A stretch of DNA of 32,000 bases from Geotalea uraniireducens Rf4 (GCF_000016745.1 NC_009483.1:3540001-3572000), one strand, 5' to 3'. Shown: positions 23,134 through 32,000, counted from the first letter of the stretch. Notes: generated from the letters alone by a model not told the origin. A program made the numbers and translations.

Positions 23134-25681
23134 ACCCCGCCGCAACTATCACCCCTGCAGAAAGCGCGAGATTGCCGAGGATGACGGCTATGTCCTTGAT
23201 TTCACGCATCCAGGCGATTCTTTCAAATTTCTGGGGGACTATGATTGTATCGCCCGGCTCCATGGGAGTGGACATGAACCCGCAAAAGAACAGGTTCTTG
23301 AACATTGAAACCTGTTGCCGGCTGATGACCGTTCCGTCCGCACGGACAACATAGGTATCGCTTTCTTCCGCTTCCCTGGTCGAGCCGCCCGCTTTCCCCA
23401 GATAAAACTCCACATCTTCACCATCAATCGGGATAAAGCTGGTCGGGTTATAGACCTGGCCGAGGACATTCACTGCGTTCGGCACCTGGGGTACTTCCAG
23501 CAGATCCCCCCCCTTGAGTTCCACGTCATAGGGGGAGTCCCTGAACTTGTCGAGTTTATCCATGTTGATCACCAGCCGGCCCTCCGCCTTCGCCGCTTTC
23601 AGCAAAGCCACGATTCTTTGCAGGCTTTCCAAGGCTGCCCTGGTAGCCTCCAACTCCTCCTTCGAGGCGGCAACCGAGGCCACTTCCGCTTGCTTTTTCA
23701 GGATTTCCTGTTCGGTTTTTGCCACAAGCTCATCCATCCGTTTCTGCTGCAGCTCGCGGATGGACACGCGGGTAAACTTGGCGGCCCGCAGGTATGCCTT
23801 GTCGGTAAAGCCGCCGGCCCGCTCGATCAAGGTGCTCAGCTTTTCCCCTTTATAGATCGGGTAGACGCCGGGAAACCGGAATTCTCCCTGGAGGGTGACA
23901 TATCTCTCCTTTTCTTCGGCCCAGTTCGGAATTTTCCTGATGCTCAACTCGTCAAAGGGGGCAAGCATCAGGTTATCCTTCGGATTGCCTTTGATGGCCT
24001 CTTCCAGGTTGATTACGATGGGAAACGACGATACCGCCTCGCCGGTTTGCTTGATGCGGTTTATCTCGGCATTTTTCAGATAAGCGTTGATTTTGGGGTT
24101 GCCCGCGACCAAAAGGAGATCACGGACCGTCATATTGGTGAAGAGCCGGTATTCGCCGGGCCGTTGCACCTCCCCGTTTATCCTGATCCTGGGCATTTCC
24201 TCCATCTCCCAACGGGAGAATATCTGCACCTTGTCGGACTCCTTCAGTTCCAGGTCATGCTCGGGATCACCCGCAAGCGCCTTGGCAACATTGACGAAGA
24301 TTTTCTCCGGATGATAATCGGGCGGATAAAGCCGGGTGATTTCTGCGGCATCTTTATAATATTCGGGGAGGAGATTGTCCTGTAGCAACAGCTGGCTCAG
24401 GCGCATGCCGGGCTGGAGGGCGTAGTCCCCGGGGCGGAGCACATAACCGTCAAGTCTGACATGGTCCCGCAAGGTTATATCGATGGGGAAGATCTTGACG
24501 ACATCCAGGTCCTGGATTTTTATGTTCGCCAAGATCTGATCCAGGGATTTACCCCCACCCTTGGGATCGATGTTGAAATCGGCCACCACCTTCTTTTCAT
24601 GGGCGTCAACCCTGGAAATCTGCACCCTCTGGAGATAACCGGTAGGGAGAAAACCTTCCGCCAGCGCTATCAGATCACCCAGATCCTTCTCTTCTCTGAG
24701 CTCATAGATGGCGGGTCTTTTTACGTTTCCGGCGATTCCGGCAACTCTGCCGATAACCGGCACAAAGATGGTATCGCCGGGCTGGAGACGAATGTCCTTA
24801 CCCTTGTCCCCTTTGAGAAAGAAATCGTAGAGATCGACCGTTTCCACGACCTTCCCCCCCCGTTTAACCTGTATATTCCGCAGGGTGCCGGTTTTCAGCG
24901 GTCCTCCTGAGGCACTGAGAGCGTTGATCAGCGTCGAAAGCGGGCTCAGGTTATAATCGCCGGGTGCTTTCACCTCGCCGACCACATACACCTTGATGAC
25001 CCGCAGTTTCCCCATGGTCACATTCAGGTCGAAATCTTTGAAGATCTTCGACAGATTGGCTTTTAAAAGACCCGGCAGCCGATCGAAGGTAATCCCCCAG
25101 ACCTTCACGTTCCCCACCCTCGGGAGCACAATTTCTCCGCTCCGGTTGACCTCCAGTTCATGCGTCCCTTCGACGCCTCCCCAGAGATTGAGGATGATCC
25201 TGTCCCCCGGGCCGATGACGTAATCGGGACCGACCGGGATGTCGGAGAGCGGGGCGAAACCGGCCGCGGACGGTCTGAAAAAATTGTAACCGAACTGAGT
25301 GAGATTTTTTACCTGGTATGGCTGAGGATGGGCAGTTTCTACTGCCGCATCTTCGGCGAAAGCAGCCCTTTCAATGGCGGAAAGCTCCGCCTGATCCGCC
25401 TGTTCGCTTTCCACTCCGGCATATTTAGTCTTTTCCACGCCCCCCTCCGGCCTTGTGCCTCCGGTGCTTTTCAGGGGTGAAGTTTCTGTCGGACTCAGGG
25501 ACGGAGCTGGCGATGCGGTTACCGGTAAAGAAGGGGGGGCTGCGACTGGACTAGATGCTGACGGTAACGCTGATTTTGCAGGAAGGGATTGCGAAAGTCC
25601 CTCGGCAGAAACCCGATGGCAATGAAATAACATCAAAATACCCCACATCAGGGCAACAAAAACCAAATTTCCTCTTCTCAA
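23129..25681 (-). CDS. outer-membrane polysaccharide export protein (Wza/OPX family; Poly_export plus multiple SLBB domains)
   Basis: 850-aa ORF. Signal peptide: ...LMLFHCHRVSA-EG. A Ser/Pro-rich linker follows. Poly_export motif: YVIGPGDRIILNLWG. SLBB-like units (PGDY.L..G.RLS.LL) recur. The C-terminal segment is hydrophobic. The start is TTG at 25681, with GGGAGAGG 5 nt upstream. Confidence 0.88.
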   Translation of the reverse strand: MRRGNLVFVALMWGILMLFHCHRVSAEGLSQSLPAKSALPSASSPVAAPPSLPVTASPAPSLSPTETSPLKSTGGTRPEGGVEKTKYAGVESEQADQAELSAIERAAFAEDAAVETAHPQPYQVKNLTQFGYNFFRPSAAGFAPLSDIPVGPDYVIGPGDRIILNLWGGVEGTHELEVNRSGEIVLPRVGNVKVWGITFDRLPGLLKANLSKIFKDFDLNVTMGKLRVIKVYVVGEVKAPGDYNLSPLSTLINALSASGGPLKTGTLRNIQVKRGGKVVETVDLYDFFLKGDKGKDIRLQPGDTIFVPVIGRVAGIAGNVKRPAIYELREEKDLGDLIALAEGFLPTGYLQRVQISRVDAHEKKVVADFNIDPKGGGKSLDQILANIKIQDLDVVKIFPIDITLRDHVRLDGYVLRPGDYALQPGMRLSQLLLQDNLLPEYYKDAAEITRLYPPDYHPEKIFVNVAKALAGDPEHDLELKESDKVQIFSRWEMEEMPRIRINGEVQRPGEYRLFTNMTVRDLLLVAGNPKINAYLKNAEINRIKQTGEAVSSFPIVINLEEAIKGNPKDNLMLAPFDELSIRKIPNWAEEKERYVTLQGEFRFPGVYPIYKGEKLSTLIERAGGFTDKAYLRAAKFTRVSIRELQQKRMDELVAKTEQEILKKQAEVASVAASKEELEATRAALESLQRIVALLKAAKAEGRLVINMDKLDKFRDSPYDVELKGGDLLEVPQVPNAVNVLGQVYNPTSFIPIDGEDVEFYLGKAGGSTREAEESDTYVVRADGTVISRQQVSMFKNLFFCGFMSTPMEPGDTIIVPQKFERIAWMREIKDIAVILGNLALSAGVIVAAGL

Positions 25682-25780
25682 AGGGCCTCTCCCATATCTA
25701 GTTATATGTACAGATATCCGTTGGCGGCGGCTTCGGTACGAGCTTTATTTTATTGCCTAGGAGCATCGCTGACCGTTTCA

Positions 25781-25808
25781 TTTGTAAACATATGTTACAC
25801 ATTGTAAA
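25781..25808 (-). promoter_or_regulatory. candidate sigma70-like promoter of the polysaccharide operon, overlapping a near-palindrome
   Basis: The minus strand reads TTTACA (25808-25803), about 16 nt, then TACAAA (25786-25781). The near-palindrome TGTAAACATATGTTACA lies at 25783-25799. The site is about 100 nt upstream of the Wza-like start. Confidence 0.35.
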
Positions 25809-26091
25809 TGACAATAGCCGGTCTGTCGAGGCCGGGGATGAAAGAAAATAACGCGAATAAATGCAATAACAGTTTTATCTCAAATTGCAAAAAGTCAAGG
25901 CTGCTCCCGAGGAGGCTCTTATTGATTTGGAGGCGTTCCGCAAAGGAAGAGGTGCTGATTCGGGGTTTTTCAAGATGCAAATTTGCTGGCAGTTGTTCCG
26001 TGAAGAACCAGGGAGAATACGTGGGAAGCAGAACGCAGAGGCCTGTTCACAGCGGTTGAGAAGAGGAACCGCCGGGGATAAGCCGATATTC

Positions 26092-26119
26092 AAAGGGGAG
26101 CGATGGTTAGCTCCCCTTT
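26092..26119 (-). terminator. possible terminator hairpin downstream of the second MCP gene
   Basis: AAAGGGGAGC (26092-26101) pairs with GCTCCCCTTT (26110-26119) across an 8-nt loop. The minus-strand trailing T tract is weak (TTTGAATAT). Confidence 0.3.
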
Positions 26120-26181
26120 GTCGCATGGGTGAGATCCGTTTCCGGATTTTGAGACATGACGCAGCCTGACGATCGCCTGCG

Positions 26182-27810
26182 TTACAGCCTGAACTGCCCG
26201 ACCAGCGACTGGAGGGTTTGGGCCAGTTGATTGAGCTGCATGGCGGCGGCTGCAGCGTCCTGGGTCCCCTTGGCCGTGTCGTGGACGATGTCGGTGATTT
26301 GGTGCATGCTTCTGCTGATTTCGCTGGTGGTGCTGGTCTGCTCTTCGGCCGCAGTGGCGATCTGGTTGAACTGCCGGTTAAGGGCGTCGATTTGGCGCAG
26401 GATGTCCCTGAGCGCATCGCCGGAGCGGTGCGCTTCGCTTGCCCCGGCCTCGACCTCTTCGACCCCCTGTTTGATCGAGATGACCGCCGCATTCGTTTCC
26501 TTCTGGATCGTGGCGATCATGTCGGCAATCCTGCGGGTGGCCTTCGTCGTCCGTTCGGCCAGTGCCCTGACCTCGTCGGCCACCACGGCGAATCCGCGTC
26601 CCTGATCGCCTGCCCGGGCGGCCTCGACGGCGGCATTCAGTGCCAGCAGGTTGGTCTGGTCGGCAATGTCCTCGATCACCCCGATGATCTCGCCTATCTC
26701 GTCGGATCGCTGCCCGAGGCTCTCTACGGTTCTCGCGGCGGCCATGACCTGTTCGGATACACTGTTCATCTTGTTGATGGTCTGCTCGACCACAACGCTG
26801 CCGGTCTGGGCAGAATCGGTGGCCTGCCGTGCCTCATCCGCGGCCAACAGGCAGTTCTGGGCGATCTCCGAGGAGGTCAAGGCCATCTCTTCGCTGGCGG
26901 TGGCGACCGTCGCCGATTGCTGCGCAACCTTGTCCGCCCCTTCGGCGATCTGGTTCGAGGAACCCTGCACCTGGAGCGCGGCTGCGGCCAACTGGCTGGT
27001 GGTGCCGGCAACACGGCTGACAATGGTGTACAGTTTGTCCATGAACAGATTGAACGAAGTGCACATCTCGCCAATCTCGTCCTGCCTGCGGTAATCGAGG
27101 CGCCTCGTCAGGTCGCCCTCGCCTTCGGCAATGTCCTTGAGCAGATCGTGCATGCGGTTCAACGGATTGAAGAGCCGGCTGACGGCAAAGGCGCTGATCA
27201 GGCAGGCCAGCAGCAGGATGACGGCCACGATGGAGGCGACGACCATCTGCAGGTGGTGATAGGCGGCGAAGAACTCGCTCTTTTTCACCCCAACGTATAG
27301 CACCCCGACGATGTCGCCCCGTGCATTGCGGATCGGGTCGTAGGCAGTGAAGTATGGGGCGCCGAGGATCTCGGCCTCACCCCGGTACGGCACACCTTTC
27401 TTGAACACCGCCTCGTAGGCCGGCCCGGTCAGCTTGGTGCCGACGGCCCGGCTGCCATCCGGCTTGATGACGTTGGTCGATACCCGTTCGTCACCCATGA
27501 ATATGGTTGCCGTTCCGCCGCAGAGCTCTTTAAGCCTGTCGGGCAATTCGAAGTTGCCGTTGACGGTGTAGTCGCCGATCTTCAACCTGCCTTCAACGAT
27601 ATCGATATCGTTGCCCTTGTGTTTCAGCAGTTCCCAGAAGGTTTTGATCCTGGCTTCCTGAGAAACCCCGGCTACCCGCTTCAGTTCCTGGCTGAATTTG
27701 ACGAGACAGGCCGCCGTGACCGCTGCCAAGGCTACGGCGACGATCAGGGCGTTAACGGCAATAAACCTGGTTTTTATCTTCATGGTGGTTACTTCTGCTC
27801 CCTTCGACAC
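26182..27810 (-). CDS. methyl-accepting chemotaxis protein with Cache_3/Cache_2-type periplasmic sensor and HAMP
   Basis: 542-aa ORF. After TM1 comes [30 protein letters not shown]...[30 protein letters not shown], a Cache_3-Cache_2 fusion pattern. TM2 and HAMP follow. Conserved hairpin: [39 protein letters not shown]. The start is GTG at 27810 or ATG at 27783. Confidence 0.92.
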   Translation of the reverse strand: MSKGAEVTTMKIKTRFIAVNALIVAVALAAVTAACLVKFSQELKRVAGVSQEARIKTFWELLKHKGNDIDIVEGRLKIGDYTVNGNFELPDRLKELCGGTATIFMGDERVSTNVIKPDGSRAVGTKLTGPAYEAVFKKGVPYRGEAEILGAPYFTAYDPIRNARGDIVGVLYVGVKKSEFFAAYHHLQMVVASIVAVILLLACLISAFAVSRLFNPLNRMHDLLKDIAEGEGDLTRRLDYRRQDEIGEMCTSFNLFMDKLYTIVSRVAGTTSQLAAAALQVQGSSNQIAEGADKVAQQSATVATASEEMALTSSEIAQNCLLAADEARQATDSAQTGSVVVEQTINKMNSVSEQVMAAARTVESLGQRSDEIGEIIGVIEDIADQTNLLALNAAVEAARAGDQGRGFAVVADEVRALAERTTKATRRIADMIATIQKETNAAVISIKQGVEEVEAGASEAHRSGDALRDILRQIDALNRQFNQIATAAEEQTSTTSEISRSMHQITDIVHDTAKGTQDAAAAAMQLNQLAQTLQSLVGQFRL

Positions 27811-27958
27811 ATATCTTCCAATATGTTAAAAATCGTCCCTATCGAACCGCCATCATGCACTCCACTCCGGCACGTCCAAAACCGCAAACCCATGAATACA
27901 GCAACTGCTGTGCCAATAGGGACTTGGCGGCCGGCATCCCCCAGACGACCTGCTTTTA

Positions 27959-28309
27959 ATGATAATCCGACAGAAAATGACAGTGGGCCGGCGCCCCGCT
28001 GTCATTGCCATCCTGGTCATTTTGTCCGCCAGAGTATCATTTTGTCGCAATCCTATCAGTCGTTTTTCCATGGAAACGGTCTGTTCCAGGGCGGACATTT
28101 CGCGTCCGACGCTTTACAAGGTCGAGAATGGTGATCCATCGGTTGCCATCGGGATCTATGTCCAGGTTCTGCGCGTATTGGGACTGGTTGAAGATTTGTC
28201 ATCGATAGCCAAAGAAGATGTTCTGAGGCGCCGTTTGCAGGACGAATCACTCCCCCAACGGAAAAGGGCTCCGCGCAAAAAGCCGCCGACGGGAGACAGT
28301 GATGGCTAA
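27959..28309 (+). CDS. XRE-family helix-turn-helix protein (HipB-like antitoxin/regulator)
   Basis: SMETVCSRADISRPTLYKVENGDPSVAIGIYVQVLRVLGLVEDL fits the HTH_3/XRE pattern seen in HipB-like proteins. The C-terminal tail is basic. An alternative start lies at 27977. Confidence 0.6.
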   Translation: MIIRQKMTVGRRPAVIAILVILSARVSFCRNPISRFSMETVCSRADISRPTLYKVENGDPSVAIGIYVQVLRVLGLVEDLSSIAKEDVLRRRLQDESLPQRKRAPRKKPPTGDSDG

Positions 28310-28475
28310 AGCCAAAGGAGAACAAATATGGGTCTGGCTTGACGACCCGGCGCCGTTTTGGAAAGCATTGGCGGACCACTTCTCAACGCTTATTCACTTT
28401 CTTGTGAGTTTGAGAAGCTTGGGATGTTGGAGAAGGGTCTCTTCAGGTCCCCGCCTTGTCCCCGGAACGACATAA
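28302..28475 (+). pseudogene. possible truncated remnant of the partner (HipA-like toxin) gene
   Basis: The ATG at 28302 overlaps the HTH stop (gATGGCTAA), the usual toxin-antitoxin coupling. The product begins MAKAKGEQIWVWLDD and runs only 57 codons into the 3' end of the convergent lipoprotein gene. The HipA assignment rests on position, not on recognisable homology. Confidence 0.25.
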
Positions 28476-30004
28476 TTACGCACAGCAAGCTTGAGGTAAT
28501 CGCATGTCTGAGTCGCCGAGTCAGAACATGCAGGGATCATATCTTCAGTAACGCTGAGGCAGTTGCCCCCGGTAAGATCCAGGATGTCGGAGCAGTTCCG
28601 GGCAAAATAGTACACATAATACTTTTCAATGTTGTTGATCCCGCCGGCTGCATAGCTGACAGCGGTGCCCTTCAGCTCGTCACCCGAGATGTTTGCGATC
28701 CCCTTCACCATCAAACTGTCATTTACGGACAGACCGACATAGGTCGCATTGTCTGTTTCCGTTCCGAGCGTGCCGACAACCGCATATACCTCCCCATGGT
28801 CAAGCGTCAAATTCCCAGGGGCTGCCTGATACGAACTGTCCTGCGAGTCACCGAGGCAGTTCATCCCGATCTCCATGCACGGTTGTCCGATAAAATTGAT
28901 AGGAGGCTCCTGCAGATTCAAAAAATCGGCAGTTCCCTGATCGGAGCAATCGCCACTGGCACAGGGCTGTCCCCACTTGGCGTTTACTGCCGCTACAAGT
29001 TTCGCAAGGTCAGCTCCCAACGATCCTTCATCGATTCCCGTTCTGGTTTCGTACACAACAGGTTGGTAGGTTTGAACCGGCCGCGAAGTTTTCTTTTCTC
29101 TCACCCGCAGCACGATGAGAGGCAGGTTTTGCTTCCAGGTATCAGAGGGCGTTCCCAGCCCTCCGCCGTCATTAGGCATGGAATAGCGCATGATCCAGAA
29201 AAGATCATCAGCGTGTTCATCCAGCCCTGTTTTTACCGCGGCCAGATTGCCCGCCACAGAAGGAATGGGCTCGGTAAAGATCAAGGAACTGTTCACCGCA
29301 ATCCGGTTGAGTGATTGCCTGACCGCGCTGTCCATAAACTGATCGGGCGTGATAATAAAGAAACGCTCCTGGTTGAATGCGGCCCCGGACTGCTGCTGGA
29401 CAACGACATCGTTATTGCTGTTGCTCAGGCTGGCGGCAATCTGAATGCGGTTCTGATTCAGGGGCACTTTGGTGAAAAACGTGTTGAGCATTTCAGGATT
29501 ATTCACCATGTATTGGTAGGTTGCACTCGTTGTGTCGAATGTTCCTTCCCGGGTGAAGGCGTACGTCTGCAACCCGAAGTAGGCGGCCGGGGGGGGGAGG
29601 ATACCCAAGATGACGATTGCTTCTCGTGGATCAAGGCGGAATGAGCCGCTGTAGCCCGGATAAAACTGGCCAAATGCCATGTTGGTTGCGGTATCAATAT
29701 ACTCCTCAGGCCAGGGCTGCACGCCAAACATGACGTAGGGCGCTGCAGGGTTATTGCCGTAACAGGTTTTCATCTGTGCGTAAGAATAGGTGCAATCCTC
29801 CTCGGTGTATAGTTTGAAATAACCGCGCGTTACCTCATAGCCCTGCGCAGTAAGGTCGGCGATTAGTTGTTGTGCCTGCGCCTCGACAGAGGCGGGAACG
29901 CTGTTTTTCGGTGCGGTGCTCGTTGTATCGGATGAACAACCGGCAACAAGAAGAAAGGCGATGAAAGACAACAAAAGAATGAAGATTCTTCCACAGGTAG
30001 TCAT
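28394..30004 (-). CDS. Cys-rich lipoprotein of unknown function
   Basis: I prefer the start at 30004 (M47 of ORF 28394..30142) because AAGGAGGA lies 6 nt upstream. The product begins MTTCGRIFILLLSFIAFLLVAG-C, a lipobox. The mature protein is about 510 aa with many Cys pairs. I recognise no family. Confidence 0.75.
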   Translation of the reverse strand: MTTCGRIFILLLSFIAFLLVAGCSSDTTSTAPKNSVPASVEAQAQQLIADLTAQGYEVTRGYFKLYTEEDCTYSYAQMKTCYGNNPAAPYVMFGVQPWPEEYIDTATNMAFGQFYPGYSGSFRLDPREAIVILGILPPPAAYFGLQTYAFTREGTFDTTSATYQYMVNNPEMLNTFFTKVPLNQNRIQIAASLSNSNNDVVVQQQSGAAFNQERFFIITPDQFMDSAVRQSLNRIAVNSSLIFTEPIPSVAGNLAAVKTGLDEHADDLFWIMRYSMPNDGGGLGTPSDTWKQNLPLIVLRVREKKTSRPVQTYQPVVYETRTGIDEGSLGADLAKLVAAVNAKWGQPCASGDCSDQGTADFLNLQEPPINFIGQPCMEIGMNCLGDSQDSSYQAAPGNLTLDHGEVYAVVGTLGTETDNATYVGLSVNDSLMVKGIANISGDELKGTAVSYAAGGINNIEKYYVYYFARNCSDILDLTGGNCLSVTEDMIPACSDSATQTCDYLKLAVRNYVVPGTRRGPEETLLQHPKLLKLTRK

Positions 30005-30250
30005 GGACGTTCCTCCTTTTCCCCACCGCTTCCGCCCCCTTTTCACGGACGGTTTGGCTTTGGTTGGTTGTTGCAGTCGGCGATGCCCTCCCTTCAGCTC
30101 TACAAGTGAGCAATGGGTTTCTTCACCAGAAACCATTAACATTTATTTACAATTATAATGCCGGCAGATGATACCGCAATACGGCAATTCCCCCAACGTC
30201 ATCCCAAACCCACCGCCCTGCCCCCCCTGTCGCCATTACAAATACCCTCC

Positions 30251-30278
30251 TTGACAGATTCCAGGCTCGGTATAAAGT
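30251..30278 (+). promoter_or_regulatory. candidate sigma70-like promoter of the multi-Cache gene
   Basis: TTGACA (30251-30256), a 16-nt spacer and TAAAGT (30273-30278), about 85 nt upstream of the ATG at 30362. Confidence 0.3.
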
Positions 30279-30361
30279 TGCTCCAATGAACTGAAACATA
30301 TACTTTGAGTTTTAATCGCATTGTGTGCAAAACGCTCGCAACGGCAAAAAGGAGCTAAGAC

Positions 30362-32000
30362 ATGGCAACCATCGACCCTTCCTTGAATTATCACAGCAAT
30401 ACCGAAGAACTCATTGCTTTGGTAAAGGACGCGACAGAGTTGGTCCGCACCAAAGGAGAAGCGGCGTTCAGCGATTTCCGTGTCTCAGGCAGCCGCTGGC
30501 ACCAGGAAGAGATCTATATCTTTGTGCTGGATCCCCAGGGAAACATGCTGGTCCATCCCGATTCGGCGATGGAAGGCAAGAACGAGATGGAGTTGAAGGA
30601 CATCAACGGGAAACCCATCATCCGGGGACTCATCGGTGCCGCAACGACCTTCCCCAACAAACCGGAAGGCTGGTACCACTACCAATGGCCTGTTCCAGGC
30701 GGGCTTCTTCCCCGATGGAAAAGCAGCTACGTGCGGCTGGTGACTGCTCCGTCCGGCAAGAGCTACGTGGTCGGGAGCGGCATGTACAACGACCGCATGG
30801 AAAGGAACTTTGTCGTGGATGCGGTGACCGACGCCATCGGACAGATCGAGAAGAATGGCAGGGCGGCTTTTCAGCTCTTCCATGATCCGACGGGCCCCTT
30901 CATCGCAAAGGACGCATATATTTTCGTGTTCGATATGAATGGCGTCGATCTCGTCAACCCGGGCTTTCCGAACCTGGAGGGACGCAATCTTCTGGACCTT
31001 AAGGATACCCAGGGCAAGCAGTTGATCCGGGAGATGTTCAAAGTGGTGCAAACGAGCGGTTCCGGCTGGGTCGACTATATGTGGCCCAAGCCGGGAGAAA
31101 GCGTCTCCACGCAGAAATCGGCTTATGTGAGCAAAGCGAAGATGGGAGACCAATGGGTGCTGGTGGGTTGCGGTGTCTACCTGGCTGATGCCCCCAAAGC
31201 CGTTCAGGCCGGCAAGAAGATGACCGCTCCGGAACTGATGGCCCTCGTTCGGGAAGGGGCGGCGCTCCTGGAGAAGGAGGGGGAGAAGGCCTATCCGGAA
31301 TTCCGAAGGAAAGGGTCCAGGTGGTTCCATGACGATACCTATTTCTTTGTCTGGACAGCAAACGGGATCAGGACCTTCCATGCTGCGAAGCCCGCGGGCG
31401 AAGGCCATGATGCCGGCAACATGACGGATGTTCTGGGAAGGCCCTTCGGGAAAATGGTCCTGGAGGTGGCTTCGAGCCCTTCAGGTGAGGGATGGGTCCA
31501 TTACATGTACCCCGAGCCTGAGGATATCTTCCCTACCTGGAAGTCCACATTTTTGAAGCGGATCACATTTCCCTCCGGGCAGCAGCACATCATCGGCTGC
31601 GGGATCTACAACATGCAGATGGATAAGGCCTTCATCGAGGATGTGGTCGATCATGCCGCTGCTCTTGTCGCAGACCGAGGGAAGGAGGCCTTTGGCCAAT
31701 TGCGGGACAAGACGAGTCCTTTTGTCTTCATGGACACCTACGTGTTTGTCATCACCCCGGATGGCACCGAGTTGGTGAACCCGGTCTTCCCCAGCTTCGA
31801 AGGAAAAAACCTCATCTACCTGAGGGATCTGAAGGGGAATCCGGTGATCCGGGACGAAATAGCCGCTGCCATGAAGGATGGCAGCGCCTGGATCGACCTC
31901 TACTGGTACAAGCCCGGACAAAATACGCCTGCGCGCAAGCAGACCTTCGTGCGGAAGGTGCAATCGGGTCAGGATACTTATATCGTCGGCTCGGGCGTTT
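30362..32000 (+). CDS. protein with at least four tandem single-Cache (sCache_2-like) domains and no signal peptide; 3' end beyond the window
   Basis: Manual translation from the ATG at 30362 (AAGGAG 7 nt upstream) is open to the window end. It begins MATIDPSLNYHSNTEELIALVKDATELVRTKGEAAFSDFRVSGSRWHQEEIYIFVLDPQGNMLVHP...GWYHYQWP...YVVGSGMY. Three further units follow, each with AF..F...GS.W...D.Y.FV....G....HP...G.N..D..D..G......GW..Y.WPKPG....K..Y......IVG.G.Y. The ORF track omits it because no stop lies in the window. The listed ORFs 30325..30885, 30485..31408 (-) and 31481..31963 (-) are shadows of it. Confidence 0.85.
   Translation, partial: MATIDPSLNYHSNTEELIALVKDATELVRTKGEAAFSDFRVSGSRWHQEEIYIFVLDPQGNMLVHPDSAMEGKNEMELKDINGKPIIRGLIGAATTFPNKPEGWYHYQWPVPGGLLPRWKSSYVRLVTAPSGKSYVVGSGMYNDRMERNFVVDAVTDAIGQIEKNGRAAFQLFHDPTGPFIAKDAYIFVFDMNGVDLVNPGFPNLEGRNLLDLKDTQGKQLIREMFKVVQTSGSGWVDYMWPKPGESVSTQKSAYVSKAKMGDQWVLVGCGVYLADAPKAVQAGKKMTAPELMALVREGAALLEKEGEKAYPEFRRKGSRWFHDDTYFFVWTANGIRTFHAAKPAGEGHDAGNMTDVLGRPFGKMVLEVASSPSGEGWVHYMYPEPEDIFPTWKSTFLKRITFPSGQQHIIGCGIYNMQMDKAFIEDVVDHAAALVADRGKEAFGQLRDKTSPFVFMDTYVFVITPDGTELVNPVFPSFEGKNLIYLRDLKGNPVIRDEIAAAMKDGSAWIDLYWYKPGQNTPARKQTFVRKVQSGQDTYIVGSGV

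Noticed and set aside
22104-24385. Plus-strand ORFs 22104..23354 (416 aa), 22771..23184 and 23315..24385 (356 aa)
   Set aside because: They are antisense to the Wzz-like and Wza-like genes and run straight through the non-coding 47-bp array (period not divisible by 3). Their apparent peptide repeats (SRFEVRG, LYPRTSF) are artefacts of the DNA repeats.
25808-26492. ORFs 25808..26059 (+), 25885..26169 (+) and 25875..26492 (-, 205 aa)
   Set aside because: They lie in the intergenic region or overlap the MCP 3' end. They are extremely Arg/Ser/Pro-rich with no RBS or domain.
26218-27300. 360-aa plus-strand ORF and nested ORFs opposite the second MCP
   Set aside because: This is an antisense shadow of a GC-rich MCP gene (Gly/Arg/Asp/Leu-rich, no motifs).
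28358-29644. Plus-strand ORFs 28358..29314 (318 aa) and 29315..29644
   Set aside because: They are antisense to the lipoprotein gene, which has a strong SD and lipobox. They have no independent support.
30004-30142. 46-codon N-terminal extension of the lipoprotein ORF
   Set aside because: It is highly basic and lacks an RBS. The internal ATG at 30004 has AAGGAGGA upstream and is followed at once by a lipoprotein signal peptide.
30325-31963. ORF 30325..30885 (+), 30485..31408 (-), 31038..31361 (-) and 31481..31963 (-)
   Set aside because: All overlap the open frame starting at 30362, which encodes repeated and clearly recognisable Cache domains. The products of these ORFs are Arg/Pro/His-rich shadows.

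Overview
The window looks like a GC-rich Desulfuromonadales/Geobacter-type chromosome. That assignment is an inference from gene content: Cache-type chemoreceptors, a giant OmpB-like multicopper oxidase and a GEMM-like leader.

Gene order, left to right:
- 1-293 (-): 5' end of a thiolase gene.
- 550-2012: an AT-rich single-gene cassette encoding a wHTH-GHKL ATPase-STAS-like fusion, bracketed by 96-bp direct repeats.
- 2051-3742 (-): a Cache-type methyl-accepting chemotaxis protein (MCP).
- 4105-10772 (+): an operon with a promoter, a candidate cyclic-dinucleotide (GEMM-I-like) riboswitch with terminator, a WecA-like GT4 read in frame into a Mip/FkpA-type FKBP, a small secreted protein, and a ~1300-aa multicopper oxidase ending in 150-bp tandem FG-GAP/VCBS repeats.
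- 10869-25681 (mostly -): a ~15-kb Wzx/Wzy-type polysaccharide locus. Its GC-rich 5' half encodes a Wza-like exporter, a Wzz/PCP protein, a flippase and two methyltransferases. Its AT-rich 3' half encodes GTs, an EpsG/Wzy-like polymerase, a DUF616 protein, a methyltransferase and a glycoside-hydrolase-like protein. The AT-rich half ends in two gene remnants.
- 26182-27810 (-): a second MCP.
- 27959-28475 (+): an orphan HipB-like HTH gene with a possible truncated toxin start.
- 28394-30004 (-): an unknown lipoprotein.
- 30362-32000 (+): the start of a protein made of tandem cytoplasmic Cache domains.

Most unusual features:
- Heptanucleotide (AGGTTCG) tracts lie inside the 5' coding region of the Wzz-like gene. 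They sit next to four 47-bp tandem repeats carrying the inverse-complementary heptad.
- The riboswitch candidate.
- The GT4-FKBP read-through.
- The repeat-flanked regulator cassette.

I saw no tRNA, rRNA, CRISPR array, transposase or integrase.
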